A stretch of 62,491 nucleotides of DNA, counting the filler. It is 4 parts of 4 records of this genome, joined end to end, with 100 filler letters (N's around TTAATTAATTAA, not from the genome) between each part and the next. Parts side by side here need not be neighbours in the genome. Positions count along the whole stretch, not along the records: positions 36,954 to 55,344 come from SRR2962707_1804; positions 55,445 to 62,491 come from SRR2962707_1807; 2 more parts are not named here. One strand, written 5' to 3'. The position numbers and the translations under genes are program-made. This document shows positions 49,706-60,168 of the stretch, in pieces (the stretch's first letter is position 1; each line of letters opens with the position of its first letter). The notes below the pieces were generated by a model. That model had not been told where the DNA came from, ran no database searches, and saw only the letters and a program-made list of their open reading frames with translations.

Positions 49706-50170
49706 ATGGACATTAAAAGCTTTGAAGACCTGATTGAGTGGGCTCGCGAGCTCCACGCCCACCTGTCCCGATGTTTGTCGGAGTGCTCAACAAAGAACAA
49801 GGAGGAGCGAGCCCGGGCACTGCTGACGTATCTGGCGGACCATGAGGCCGAACTCGAGCGCATCACGGCGGAGTTCGAGAAACAGGCCGATTCAAGGGCT
49901 TTGAAAACAAGGCTCTACGACTACCTGAACGACGAACACAAGGCCATCAAAACCCACCGCACCTGCGATGATCATTACGCCAGTCTCGACTTCGACAGCA
50001 TTGTTCGTGAGGTGTTCGACTTCCATGATCAGCTGATCGACCTGTATGACAGCCTGGCCGGCAAGGCCGAAATTCCGGAAGCGAAAGAACTCGCTGAATC
50101 CCTTCGCGCCATGGAGGAGAACGAAGCCATGAGGCTCGCGAGGCAGATTGGCATGATGGATGATGTCTGA
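49706..50170 (+). CDS. Ferritin-like four-helix hypothetical protein
   Basis: LLTYLADHE and MEENE patterns, helical and acidic. RBS AAGGAG. Confidence 0.6.
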   Translation: MDIKSFEDLIEWARELHAHLSRCLSECSTKNKEERARALLTYLADHEAELERITAEFEKQADSRALKTRLYDYLNDEHKAIKTHRTCDDHYASLDFDSIVREVFDFHDQLIDLYDSLAGKAEIPEAKELAESLRAMEENEAMRLARQIGMMDDV

Positions 50171-50222
50171 ATTCTTCCACTCTCTGTACATGAAAACTGG
50201 AAATCGCGAGTCACCGATAGTA

Positions 50223-50238
50223 CTGTATATATAAACAG
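50223..50238. promoter_or_regulatory. LexA (SOS) box
   Basis: CTGTATATATAAACAG (CTGT-N8-ACAG), 17 nt before the ATG. Confidence 0.9.
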
Positions 50239-50255
50239 TATCGGGAGTTTCCCCC

Positions 50256-51317
50256 ATGAAGACTCGCGCGACACCCCTCAACCCACAGAACCGCTTCCAG
50301 CCCATAGTGACGGACCGCCAATACGATGATGGCTGGTATCAGGACCCCGCTGACGATACCTGCCCGGACTCACTGGCAACCGAAGTGGTGGATGAACAGG
50401 TGCGTACGATTATCAGCCGGAACCAGTCGCCGGATGTGCCGTTCGACCAGTCCATAAATCCGTACCGAGGTTGCGAGCATGCGTGCATATACTGCTTTGC
50501 CCGGCCTACCCATGCGTACTGGGACATGTCGCCGGGGCTGGACTTCGAAACCCGGCTGATCGCCAAACCCAATGCTGCGGAACAGCTTCGAAGGGAGCTC
50601 GATAAACCCGGCTACCGTGTGTCGCCAATTGCCCTTGGCGTGAACACCGATGCCTATCAGCCGGTTGAGAAGCACCGGGAAATTACCCGCGACGTCCTCA
50701 AGGTGTTGGTCGAGTATCGCCATCCGGTGTCCATTATCACCAAGGGGGCACTGATTCTGAGGGACCTGGACCTGCTGTCAGAACTGGCACATCAGGGCCT
50801 GTGTTCCGTTCGGGTCAGCTTAACCACCCTGGACAATACCCTGAAGCGCCAGATGGAACCTCGCACTGCAGCGCCGGCGACACGCCTGAAAGTCATCCGT
50901 GAGCTGGCCGCTGCCGGCGTACCAACGGGCATCATCCTGGGGCCGGTTATCCCGTTCATCAACGATCATGAAATTGAGAGCATTCTGGGGGTCGCAGCAG
51001 AGGCAGGTGCGGAACGGGCAAGCTGGATCATGCTTCGCCTGCCGCTGGAACTGGATGAGCTGTTCCAGGACTGGTTGCAGCGGCACTTTCCAGACCGGGC
51101 CAGTCATGTGATGAATCGCATGCGCGATTTGCGGGGTGGCAAAAGTTACGATGCCCAGTTCGGGCGCAGAATGACAGGAACGGGCCCCTACGCAGATCTT
51201 GTCCGCCAGCGCTTCGCAAAGCGCGCAAGGCAACTGGGCCTGAACCTTCATCAGGCAGAACCCCTTAGAAGCGACCTCTTCAGGCGTCCTGCGGGTGAGC
51301 AGATCGGATTGTTCTAG
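50256..51317 (+). CDS. PA0069/Rv2578c-family radical SAM protein (SPL-like)
   Basis: SINPYRGCEHACIYCFAR (CxxxCxxC), TDAYQP and C-terminal QIGLF clamp-binding-like motif. Confidence 0.92.
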   Translation: MKTRATPLNPQNRFQPIVTDRQYDDGWYQDPADDTCPDSLATEVVDEQVRTIISRNQSPDVPFDQSINPYRGCEHACIYCFARPTHAYWDMSPGLDFETRLIAKPNAAEQLRRELDKPGYRVSPIALGVNTDAYQPVEKHREITRDVLKVLVEYRHPVSIITKGALILRDLDLLSELAHQGLCSVRVSLTTLDNTLKRQMEPRTAAPATRLKVIRELAAAGVPTGIILGPVIPFINDHEIESILGVAAEAGAERASWIMLRLPLELDELFQDWLQRHFPDRASHVMNRMRDLRGGKSYDAQFGRRMTGTGPYADLVRQRFAKRARQLGLNLHQAEPLRSDLFRRPAGEQIGLF

Positions 51318-51499
51318 ACCGGGAACATTACCTCATGCTGACCAGCGGGAGAAAGTCGTAAGACCTAGGTCGTACAGAGGCGGGTTTTTCATTCCGTTTC
51401 TTAACGTTTGTTGATAACTTGAACTAGAATTAGGAGTTACTTTCCCAGACAGAGGGAGAGGCTCTCAACACAACAACGACAAAAGAGGCTAGAAGAGCA

Positions 51500-52576
51500 A
51501 TGAAGATCCGTTCTGTTCTATCCGCGGCTGTGCTGGCTGTAGCAACTACCTTTGCTTCCACACAAGCCCTCGCTCAAGACACGTTTACCCTGCGCCTGGC
51601 CGAGACCTGGGGGCCCAACTTCCCGATTTTCGGTGACACCACCAAACGGTTCGCTGAAACTGTCGAAAAGATGTCCGACGGCCGCCTGAAGGTCCGCATC
51701 GACTCGTCAAACAAGCACAAAGCGCCCTTCGGTGTCTTTGATATGGTCAAGGCCGGCCAGTACGACATGGGTCATTCCGCGTCCTACTACTGGAAAGGCA
51801 AAGTACCCAACACCCTGTTCTTCACAAGCATGCCTTTCGGCATGAACGCGATGGAACAATACGCCTGGTTCTACCACGGCGGTGGTATGGAACTGATGCA
51901 GGAGGTTTACGAACCCCACAACATGCTGTCGTTCCCGGGTGGCAACACCGGCGTTCAAATGGGCGGCTGGTTTCGCAAGGAAATCAATACTCTCGAAGAC
52001 CTGCAGGGCCTGAAGATGCGTATTCCTGGCTTCGCCGGTGAGGTGTTTGCAGAAGTAGGCGTTAATCCGACCAACATCCCACCGGGCGAGCTTTACACAG
52101 CCCTGGAACGCAACACCATTGACGCGGTTGAGTGGGTTGGTCCTTCCCTGGATCTGCGTCTCGGTTTCCAGCAAATTGCAGACTATTACTACACTGGCTG
52201 GCACGAGCCCGCCACGGAGCTGCAGTTCCTGGTGAACAAGAAGGTATGGGAAAAACTGCCAGCCGACCTTCGTGAAATCATGCGCGTCGCTATGCGCACA
52301 GCCTCCTACGACATGCTGGTTCACTCTCAGCACGCAAACGCAGAAGCCTGGGCCAACATCAAGGAAGAGTACCCGAACGTACAGATCAAGAAATTCCCTG
52401 AGGAAATCTTCCAGGCCATGCACGAGGCCAACGAGAAACTCCTGAAAGAAGCGGCAGCGAACAATGAGCAAGCCGCAAAGATTGTAAAATCCCAACAGGA
52501 ATATCTTGAGAAGAGCCGGGCCTACACGGACATTTCCGAGCGGGCCTACCTAAACACGATGGCAGAAGTCGAGTAA
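51500..52576 (+). CDS. dctP: TRAP transporter substrate-binding protein
   Basis: Signal peptide, HSASYYWKGK, GNTGVQMGGW and GLKMRIPG (TakP-like organic-acid subfamily). Confidence 0.92.
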   Translation: MKIRSVLSAAVLAVATTFASTQALAQDTFTLRLAETWGPNFPIFGDTTKRFAETVEKMSDGRLKVRIDSSNKHKAPFGVFDMVKAGQYDMGHSASYYWKGKVPNTLFFTSMPFGMNAMEQYAWFYHGGGMELMQEVYEPHNMLSFPGGNTGVQMGGWFRKEINTLEDLQGLKMRIPGFAGEVFAEVGVNPTNIPPGELYTALERNTIDAVEWVGPSLDLRLGFQQIADYYYTGWHEPATELQFLVNKKVWEKLPADLREIMRVAMRTASYDMLVHSQHANAEAWANIKEEYPNVQIKKFPEEIFQAMHEANEKLLKEAAANNEQAAKIVKSQQEYLEKSRAYTDISERAYLNTMAEVE

Positions 52577-52592
52577 CATATCGGCAGTAACT

Positions 52593-52626
52593 GAGCCGGG
52601 ATCGCTCTAGCAGTGATCCCGGTTTT
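52593..52626 (+). terminator. Hairpin/terminator after dctP
   Basis: GAGCCGGGATCGCT...AGTGATCCCGGTTTT. Confidence 0.65.
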
Positions 52627-52676
52627 GTCGTTTATAGCAATTGAAAAATCGCCGGCTCGCTGGCGGAGGACAATCA

Positions 52677-53222
52677 ATGCGTTGGATTATCAAGCTGGAC
52701 GAGGGCCTGGCCACCCTGTCCATTTTTTGCGGCTGGGTGGCCTGTGCCGCAATGATTCTGATGGCCGGTAACGTCTTCTACGACGTAGTAGCCCGCTACG
52801 CTTTCAATGAAGTTTCGATCGGTATGCAGGAAATGGAGTGGCATCTCTATTCCGTGGTGTTCCTGCTGGGCATCCCCTACGCATTGCGCACGGACGGCCA
52901 TGTTCGCGTAGACGTTTTCTACACCCGCTGGCGTGACAAGACCAAGGCCTGGGTCAACATCGTTGGTGCTGTTATCTTTGTCATCCCCTTTGCCTACCTG
53001 ATCTGGAACTACGGTTACGATTTTGCCGTTGAGTCCTACAGCATGGGCGAAGGCAGCGGCGACCCGGGTGGGCTACCCCATCGCTGGGTGATCAAGAGCG
53101 TGATCCCGATTTCCGCGGTGTTTACCGGTATCGCCGGGTTCAACATGGTGACCTTCGCAATACGGGTTATCTCCGGCGACAAGACCTATGAGCCCAAGCA
53201 CGGCGCGGAGGGTCTCGCATGA
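52677..53222 (+). CDS. dctQ: TRAP small permease
   Basis: QEMEWHL, HVRVDVFY and SGDPGGL. Confidence 0.9.
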   Translation: MRWIIKLDEGLATLSIFCGWVACAAMILMAGNVFYDVVARYAFNEVSIGMQEMEWHLYSVVFLLGIPYALRTDGHVRVDVFYTRWRDKTKAWVNIVGAVIFVIPFAYLIWNYGYDFAVESYSMGEGSGDPGGLPHRWVIKSVIPISAVFTGIAGFNMVTFAIRVISGDKTYEPKHGAEGLA

Positions 53223-54514
53223 TCGGTATGATTATGTTCGGAGCCGCCCTCCTCCTGCTGATGCTGGGCTTCCCGGTTGCCTTTACCTTTGGCGGCGTTG
53301 CCCTGTTTTTCGGGATCTATGCCGAAGGCATGGATCTGTTTGCTTTCATGCCTTATCGCATTATGAGCGTCATGCAGAACACGGTGCTGATGGCGGTGCC
53401 ATTGTTCATCTTCATGGGTGTGGTCCTGCAACGCACGCGGCTGGCCGAGCAATTGCTGACCTCCATGGGCCGCCTGTTCGGTGGATTGCCAGGGGGCCTG
53501 GCCATTTCCACCATCCTGGTAGGTGCCCTGCTCGCCGCATCAACGGGCGTCGTCGGTGCCAGTGTGGTAGCCATGGGTCTGATCTCTCTCCCCGTGATGC
53601 TGGCCCATAACTACGACAAGCGGCTTGCAACGGGCACTATCTGTGCGTCCGGCACACTGGGCCAGATCGTACCGCCTTCGATTATCCTGATTATCCTTGG
53701 CGACGTGCTCGGGCTCCCGGTTGGCGACCTCTTCAGGGCAGCCGTTATCCCAGGTGTGGTGCTGGTCGGTCTGTACATCATCTACATCCTTGTTCTCACC
53801 CGCTTCAAGCCTGAAACCGGCCCCGCCATGCCGGATGACAGCGGACTGTCACGGGGCAAGGAAATCCGTGCAGCGCTGCTGGCGATTATCCCGCCGCTGG
53901 CGTTGATCATCGTCGTACTGGGCTCCATCTTTGCCGGTATTGCCACCCCCACGGAATCTTCGGCGCTCGGTGGTGTCGGCGCCGTGGTGCTGGCCATCAT
54001 TTACCGCCAGTTCTCCTTCAAGATGGTGTGGGATGCCTCAAAGGACACGGTGAAGGTCACTGCCATGGTGTTCGCCATCCTCGTCGGTGCAACCGCATTC
54101 TCGATGGTGTTCAGCTACACCGGTGGCGATTACCTGCTGGAAGAATGGCTACTGCAGCTTCCCGGCGAAAAATGGGGTTTCATCATCCTGGCCATGCTGG
54201 TCATCCTGGTGCTGGGCTTCTTCATCGACTTCGTGGAAATTTCGTTCATCATCGTTCCGATCCTGGCACCAGTGGCGGAAGCCATGGGCATCAACATGCT
54301 GTGGTTCGCGATTCTGATTGCCATGAACCTGCAAACCAGTTTCCTGACGCCCCCATTCGGGTTCAGTCTGTTCTATCTCAAAGGCGTATCACCACCCGGT
54401 GTACAGACCACCGATATCTACAAAGGGGTACTACCGTTTATCCTGATGCAGGTACTGGTGCTGGTGATGATCGTGATTTTCCCGGAATGGTTTGGCATGA
54501 GTTCGACCTACTGA
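53219..54514 (+). CDS. dctM: TRAP large permease
   Basis: AVPLFIFMG, GTLGQIVPPS and SFLTPPFG. Confidence 0.93.
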   Translation: MIGMIMFGAALLLLMLGFPVAFTFGGVALFFGIYAEGMDLFAFMPYRIMSVMQNTVLMAVPLFIFMGVVLQRTRLAEQLLTSMGRLFGGLPGGLAISTILVGALLAASTGVVGASVVAMGLISLPVMLAHNYDKRLATGTICASGTLGQIVPPSIILIILGDVLGLPVGDLFRAAVIPGVVLVGLYIIYILVLTRFKPETGPAMPDDSGLSRGKEIRAALLAIIPPLALIIVVLGSIFAGIATPTESSALGGVGAVVLAIIYRQFSFKMVWDASKDTVKVTAMVFAILVGATAFSMVFSYTGGDYLLEEWLLQLPGEKWGFIILAMLVILVLGFFIDFVEISFIIVPILAPVAEAMGINMLWFAILIAMNLQTSFLTPPFGFSLFYLKGVSPPGVQTTDIYKGVLPFILMQVLVLVMIVIFPEWFGMSSTY

Positions 54515-54542
54515 CGTCGGCGCCAGTCGACAGCACACCAAC

Positions 54543-54571
54543 AAGCCGGGGCCGTGCAGCCCCGGTTTTTT
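54543..54571 (+). terminator. Rho-independent terminator
   Basis: GCCGGGGC...GCCCCGGTTTTTT. Confidence 0.75.
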
Positions 54572-54798
54572 CGCCCGCCATTCCCGCTTTTACCCCTTTT
54601 ACCTATTGCCCCAATAGCAACCCTCCATTCTTTGGTGTGTGGGGGGATATGACAAAACACGCTTGTTTTCTATACTAAAGACGAAGCAGGCGATTCTCAG
54701 TTGTGATATCGGGACACGCCCTGATGCTGAATCACTGTCGGCCAAGCCCGCCGACTTCAGTCCGTGATTAACCAGCTGAAAAAGGGAGATATGTATCC

Positions 54799-55344
54799 AT
54801 GAGCCAAAGCACCGCCCGGAAGCCCCCAGCGCCCACCAACGACCGACCGGAGGACAGGCCTCACGTCCTGACGTTGCCCCTGGAAGAGCAGCAGGCGGAC
54901 CGTGAGCCTCACAGTTATGAACGCTGGCTGATCGCCAAGCTGATGCGTATGGCCGGGTCACCACCGCTACGGTTCCAGCTGTGGAACAATGAATTCATTG
55001 ACCCCGAAGAAGGCCATGCCCGTTTTACGCTCAAACTGACAGACCCCAAGGCGCTGTTTACGCTGGTCACCAACCCCAACCTGGCGTTTGGGGATCTATA
55101 CAGTGCGGGCAGGCTGCAGGTAGATGGCGATCTTTCGGAGCTGATGGAGACACTTTACCGCTCAATTCACAACGCCAGGCAGAAATGGCCCAAATGGCTG
55201 GAAGCCCTGTGGCGCAACCACAACCCCCGCTCTACTGGCGTTTCTGAAGCCCGGGAGAACATTCACCACCACTACGATCTGGGCAACGAGTTTTACCGGC
55301 TCTGGCTGGATCATGCCGAAATGCAGTACACCTGCGCCTATTAC
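54799..55344 (+). CDS. cfa: Cyclopropane-fatty-acyl-phospholipid synthase family protein, 3'-truncated
   Basis: NIHHHYDLGNEFYRLWLD...MQYTCAY. Confidence 0.85.
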
Positions 55345-55444
55345 NNNNNNNNNNNNNNNNNNNNNNNNNNNNNNNNNNNNNNNNNNNNTTAATTAATTAA
55401 NNNNNNNNNNNNNNNNNNNNNNNNNNNNNNNNNNNNNNNNNNNN
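55345..55444. other. Artificial contig linker
   Basis: N-run, TTAATTAATTAA, N-run. Confidence 0.98.
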
Positions 55445-55748
55445 GCATGGCGTTGAGCGTCATCGCCGTGTCGACCAGGGTTTCGCCTTTTTTCACGCTG
55501 GAATTGGCCACCGACATGTTCATCACGTCCGCGCCGAGCCGTTTGCCGGCCAGTTCGAACGAGGCTTGCGTCCGGGTCGAGGATTCAAAAAACAGGTTGA
55601 TCTGGGTGAGACCGCGCAGGGTGGTGGTCTTTTTTTCGCGCTGGCGGGAGATTTTGACTGCCTCGTCCGCCTGATCGAGCAAATAATGTATGTCTAGCTC
55701 CGAAAGCCCCTTGATTCCGAGCAGGTGGCGGTGCGGAAATGACATCAT
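55445..55748 (-). CDS. pyrB: Aspartate carbamoyltransferase, 5' part
   Basis: [15 protein letters not shown] and KGETLVDT. Confidence 0.93.
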
Positions 55749-55874
55749 GCGTCCCATCGGGTTGAGGTCTTTGCCGGTCTATAGAAAGGTTCTGGGGCAG
55801 GGGCAAGCTTGTCCAAGGTGGAAATCCGCGATGTCCCCATGCAAAACCGTACGAATCCATGTAAGCGAGGTCCA

Positions 55875-57533
55875 ATGAGCCCGATACAAGCCTTTGGCCC
55901 GCAGGCCGACAATCAAAGCCCATCCTTTTCCGGGCACAACGCCTTTCGTTCCGATCCTTTGCTGAAGGACATCGCGGCTGACATGCCGCGTGCGCTTCGC
56001 ATCGATTTTGAAACGGTGGGCAAATTCGTCGCCTCGGCGGAAGCCCAGGACCTGGCCCGCATCGCCAACCGGTCGGTGCCCGAGCTCAGGACCCATGACG
56101 GGTCCGGCAATCGCATCGACCAGGTTGATTTCCATCCCAGCTGGCATGCCCTGATGCGCCGCGGCGTGGCCTCTGGCCTGCAAGGCTCGGTCTGGGAAGG
56201 CAAACGCGAGGAAGCGGGCTTTGCCCATCAGGCGCGCGCCATCCGCTTCTTTCTCACCGCCGGCCTCGAATGCGGTCATCTGTGCCCGCTGACCATGACC
56301 AACGCCTCGATCGCCGCCATCATGGCTTCGCCCCGCATCGAAAAGGCCTGGGCGCCACAGGTGGTCTCCCGGCGGTATGATTCGAGCCATCGCCCGGCCA
56401 TGCAGAAATCCGGCGTCACCATCGGCATGGGTATGACCGAAAAACAGGGTGGCACCGATGTGCGCGCCAACCAGAGTGTTGCAACCCGCGCGGGCGAGGG
56501 GGTCTACCGCCTGTCCGGGCACAAATGGTTCATGTCGGCGCCGATGTCGGACGCTTTCGTCATGCTGGCCCAGACCGGCAAGGGCTCCGCCGAACAGGTG
56601 AGCTGCTTTCTGGTGCCCCGCATACTGGAAGACGGCAGCCTCAACGGCTTGCGCCTGCAGCGGTTGAAGGACAAGCTCGGCAACCGCTCAAACGCCTCGT
56701 CCGAGGTGGAATTCAGCGATACGTTCGGCTTCCTGTTGGGTGGCGAAGGTGAGGGCATCCGTACCATTCTCGATATGGTGACCTTGACCCGGCTTGATTG
56801 CGCGCTGGCCTCCGCCGGTATGATGCGCGCCAGCCTGGCCGAAGCCGTGCACCACTGCCGTCATCGCCGGGTGTTTGGCGAATTGCTGATTGATCAGCCT
56901 TTGATGGCGCGGGTGCTTGCCGATCTGGCCCTCGACACGGCTGCCGCGACAGCCCTTTCGATGCGTCTGGCGCGTGCTTTTGACAATGCCCGCGACAACC
57001 CTTCCGAAGCCGCCATCGCCCGGCTGCTCACCCCGGTGGTCAAATACTGGGTCTGCAAGATTGCACCCTCGGTCATCTATGAGGTGATGGAGTGCATGGG
57101 CGGCAATGGCTATGTCGAGGAGCGCGCTGTCGCCCGACACTACCGCGAGGCCCCGGTCAATGCGATCTGGGAAGGATCGGGCAATGTCATGTCGCTCGAT
57201 GTGCTCAGGGTTCTCACCCGTGGCCGAGATCTGTGCGAAGTGGCGCTGCAAAGCATCAATCGCGATCTAGGCACTGCAGGACCGCGCACCGTTGATGTGC
57301 TACGCGCCTGCATGGCCGTGGCCGAGCGTGATGAGGGTGCGGCGAGGCTTCTGACCGAGCAATTGGCGCTGGCTTCTGCGGCTGCGGAACTCACCCGTCT
57401 GGGCGCAGGCCATGTTGCCGAAGCCTTTGTCGAGACCCGGCTTGGCGGCGCCTGGCGTTCGACCTACGGAATGCTCGACGCGCGCTTCGATGCGCGCCAG
57501 ATCGTCGATCTGCTCTATCCGCCAGCGATCTGA
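55875..57533 (+). CDS. AidB-like acyl-CoA dehydrogenase
   Basis: HPSWHALM, CPLTMT, MGMTEKQGGTDVR, LKDKLGNRSNAS and WEGSGN. Confidence 0.88.
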   Translation: MSPIQAFGPQADNQSPSFSGHNAFRSDPLLKDIAADMPRALRIDFETVGKFVASAEAQDLARIANRSVPELRTHDGSGNRIDQVDFHPSWHALMRRGVASGLQGSVWEGKREEAGFAHQARAIRFFLTAGLECGHLCPLTMTNASIAAIMASPRIEKAWAPQVVSRRYDSSHRPAMQKSGVTIGMGMTEKQGGTDVRANQSVATRAGEGVYRLSGHKWFMSAPMSDAFVMLAQTGKGSAEQVSCFLVPRILEDGSLNGLRLQRLKDKLGNRSNASSEVEFSDTFGFLLGGEGEGIRTILDMVTLTRLDCALASAGMMRASLAEAVHHCRHRRVFGELLIDQPLMARVLADLALDTAAATALSMRLARAFDNARDNPSEAAIARLLTPVVKYWVCKIAPSVIYEVMECMGGNGYVEERAVARHYREAPVNAIWEGSGNVMSLDVLRVLTRGRDLCEVALQSINRDLGTAGPRTVDVLRACMAVAERDEGAARLLTEQLALASAAAELTRLGAGHVAEAFVETRLGGAWRSTYGMLDARFDARQIVDLLYPPAI

Positions 57534-58465
57534 GCCCCGGCGACCAGTCCTGCGGCCCACATGACCGCAGGAATTGTCAGGAACGATGCGACGGTCTGGA
57601 CGGTGGTGATGGCGGCGTAAAGCGGTGCGTCGCCACCCATCTGGCGCGCCAGCAGGTAGCCGTTCATCGCTGTCGGCACGGCAGCGCAAAGCGCCAGGAT
57701 GAGAACGGTTTCACCGGTAAGCCCGAATCCGATTGCCAGTGACACCATGATCACCGGAAACACGACCAGCTTGAGCGCCACTGGCGTGAGCACGGCAGGG
57801 CCGGGCCGCAGCGCGTCGTTGAGCTTCAGGCCGGCTCCGACCATCAGCAGTCCCAGTCCCAGCGAGGCACGGGCGATCAGGTCGACCGACTGTTCAAAAG
57901 GCGGGTAGATGCCGAAAGGCAGGACGTTGACGATGATGCCTGCAACACAGCCCAGAATGAGCGGATTTCCGGCTATTCTCTTGACCAGAGTGGCCGTGGA
58001 GCGTGCGCCGGTCCCGTACCAGACCAGCATGATCACGTTGATGAAATTCAGTGGAATGACGATCACCGCCATCACCAGGGCAACCAGAGCCAGTCCGCTC
58101 GGCCCGGAGATTTTTTCGGCGATTGCCAGGGCAATGAAGGCATTCCAGCGCGATGAGGTCTGAAACAGTGATGTGAAGCTGGCATCTGACATTCCACCGG
58201 CGCGCGCCAGCGGGTGAAGCACGATCAGCAGCACGGTCATCATGGCAACCGCCATCAAGGAAACCAGCGCGACAGTGCCCAGCTCAAGTCCGGAAAAATC
58301 AGCCGTGGCGAGGGTAAGAAACAACAGCGCAGGAAAGAACAGATAATACCCCAGCGTCTCCAGCCCGGTCCACACACTCTGATCAATGAACGGCGCGCGC
58401 TTGAGCGCTATGCCGAGGAGCACGATCATAAAAATCGGCAGAATGCTTTCGAAAATGGGGATCAT
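57515..58465 (-). CDS. AEC (auxin efflux carrier) family transporter
   Basis: About 10 TM segments, YLFFPALLF, NPLIL and YLLARQMGGD. Confidence 0.85.
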   Translation of the reverse strand: MIPIFESILPIFMIVLLGIALKRAPFIDQSVWTGLETLGYYLFFPALLFLTLATADFSGLELGTVALVSLMAVAMMTVLLIVLHPLARAGGMSDASFTSLFQTSSRWNAFIALAIAEKISGPSGLALVALVMAVIVIPLNFINVIMLVWYGTGARSTATLVKRIAGNPLILGCVAGIIVNVLPFGIYPPFEQSVDLIARASLGLGLLMVGAGLKLNDALRPGPAVLTPVALKLVVFPVIMVSLAIGFGLTGETVLILALCAAVPTAMNGYLLARQMGGDAPLYAAITTVQTVASFLTIPAVMWAAGLVAGAQIAGG

Positions 58466-58528
58466 GAGGGTCGCCGTATGGTGGGAGACCTCTCTTAAGC
58501 AGCCCGGGTCCGTTGGGCAATGGCGGCC

Positions 58529-58551
58529 GTTAACCTTAATGGAAGGTTAAC
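58529..58551. promoter_or_regulatory. CtrA-binding box
   Basis: TTAA-N7-TTAAC at 58536-58551 inside the inverted repeat GTTAACCTT-N5-AAGGTTAAC. Confidence 0.65.
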
Positions 58552-58627
58552 ATTGCGTGGAAAGGTCACCACCGTCATGGTGGTGGCACAGATTAACCAA
58601 AACCCCATGAGCTCCGACGGACCCGTG

Positions 58628-59218
58628 ATGATATCCAGCCGCCTCTATTACGCTTCGATGATGCTGTTCTGGGTCTGCTACCAGTCGCTGCTGGCAATGG
58701 TCGTGGCGTATGTACCGCAGGGCGGAATCAGCCTAGCCGGGTTGACGCTGTTCAATGATTCGGGACTGGTGGAAACGGCGATTGTCGCCATGAACACCAT
58801 CGGACTTTCGCCGGTATCGCAAAGCGTCGTTTTCGGGATTCTTGGCGGGTTGAGTGCGGCATCGGCGGGTTTGTTGTTGTTTTCAGGGCTGTTTTACGTG
58901 TTTGGTGAAGAACGCGAGCAGCGCGAGGCGCGGCCATTGGCGCACGGGGCAGTGGCGTGCACGGTAGCCGCTGCAGTGCTGACAACACTCGTGTTCCTTG
59001 CCGGCGGGCAGGCGGGCGCGCTTCTGGCGCTTGAATTGGGCGCGCTTGGTGGTCTGTTCCTCACCGTCATGGCACTCACCCAGTCGGGCATAGAGCCTGA
59101 CGCGGTGAGCTCCGAGGACGGCGATATGCTGGACCAGGTCATTGCCGATCACGCAGCCAATCATGCAGCCTTCAGCGCTCAGCTGGCTTCTCTTTCCAGA
59201 CACGGGGCACGGTCATGA
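58628..59218 (+). CDS. Hypothetical membrane protein (start approximate)
   Basis: Four hydrophobic segments. ATGA overlap with the next gene. Confidence 0.6.
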   Translation: MISSRLYYASMMLFWVCYQSLLAMVVAYVPQGGISLAGLTLFNDSGLVETAIVAMNTIGLSPVSQSVVFGILGGLSAASAGLLLFSGLFYVFGEEREQREARPLAHGAVACTVAAAVLTTLVFLAGGQAGALLALELGALGGLFLTVMALTQSGIEPDAVSSEDGDMLDQVIADHAANHAAFSAQLASLSRHGARS

Positions 59219-59565
59219 AGGTGTTTCTCATCCTCTGGATCATGCCGATCATCCTCTTGGGCAGCTGGTACGGCCTGTCCTATTACGACATCAATTTCGG
59301 CTATCGCATCCTGACCCGTGACCTGCACGATCTGGTGTTCAGGATTTACGGAAATATCCTTGGTATCCCACCTGAAACGATCCCGGCGCTGGTGCTCAAG
59401 GCGATCATTCTGGACACGTTCCTGGTCGTCGGCTTCATTGTGATCAAACGCCGTCGCAAACAGATCTGGGCAGCCATCCGCAAAATGCTCGGCTGGACCG
59501 AGGGCCGCGAAGAGGCGATGCAGACAGCCGGTCCGGCAGATTCAGAGTTCTCCCGGGGCTCCTGA
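59215..59565 (+). CDS. Small Rhizobiales membrane protein (DUF6105-like)
   Basis: [12 protein letters not shown]...[13 protein letters not shown]. Confidence 0.7.
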   Translation: MKVFLILWIMPIILLGSWYGLSYYDINFGYRILTRDLHDLVFRIYGNILGIPPETIPALVLKAIILDTFLVVGFIVIKRRRKQIWAAIRKMLGWTEGREEAMQTAGPADSEFSRGS

Positions 59566-60045
59566 GCCTGGTTGCTGACTGCGCAGGCCGGTCAACCGGT
59601 CCAGCGCGCCCTGCAGGATAAAGCTGGCGGCAGCCGAGTCGATCCGCTCTTTTCGTTTCTTGCGTGACACATCCATCTCGATCAGGGCACGCTCTGCGGC
59701 CACTGTAGACAGCCGTTCATCCCAGAACACAAACGGCAGGTCCGTCTTCTGCGCCATGTTGCGCACGAAGGCGCGCGTTGCCTGCACGCGGGGGCCTTCG
59801 CTGCCGTCCATGTTGACCGGCAATCCGATCACCGCCGCCCCGACCTTGTCCTTTTCCAGCGCCGCGATCAGGGCAATCGCATCCAGGGTGAACTTCTTTC
59901 GCTTGATCATGGGACGCGGCGAGGCGAGACGCAGCGACAGATCGGAAACTGCCAGGCCGATGGTTTCTGTTCCCAGATCGATGCCGGCGACGGTCTGCCC
60001 GGGCTTGATCTGTTCAACAAGCTCTTCGATGGTGATAGCCGCCAT
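59542..60045 (-). CDS. ruvX: YqgF/RuvX pre-16S rRNA nuclease
   Basis: [25 protein letters not shown] and IDSAAA. Confidence 0.93.
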   Translation of the reverse strand: MAAITIEELVEQIKPGQTVAGIDLGTETIGLAVSDLSLRLASPRPMIKRKKFTLDAIALIAALEKDKVGAAVIGLPVNMDGSEGPRVQATRAFVRNMAQKTDLPFVFWDERLSTVAAERALIEMDVSRKKRKERIDSAAASFILQGALDRLTGLRSQQPGSGAPGEL

Positions 60046-60168
60046 TTTTCGCTCTCCGCCTTTGCGCCACGGCGTCAGCCGCGCTAGATGGTGGGTTTAG
60101 CGAACAAGTTCTTGAAATGCGAGGCCCTTCAAATGTGAGGGCTTCTGAAGTGCGAGGGAGAGCAATCC

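Noticed and set aside
50183-50198. Second LexA box CTGTACATGAAAACTG
   Set aside because: The right half-site is ACTG rather than ACAG. Too weak to call.
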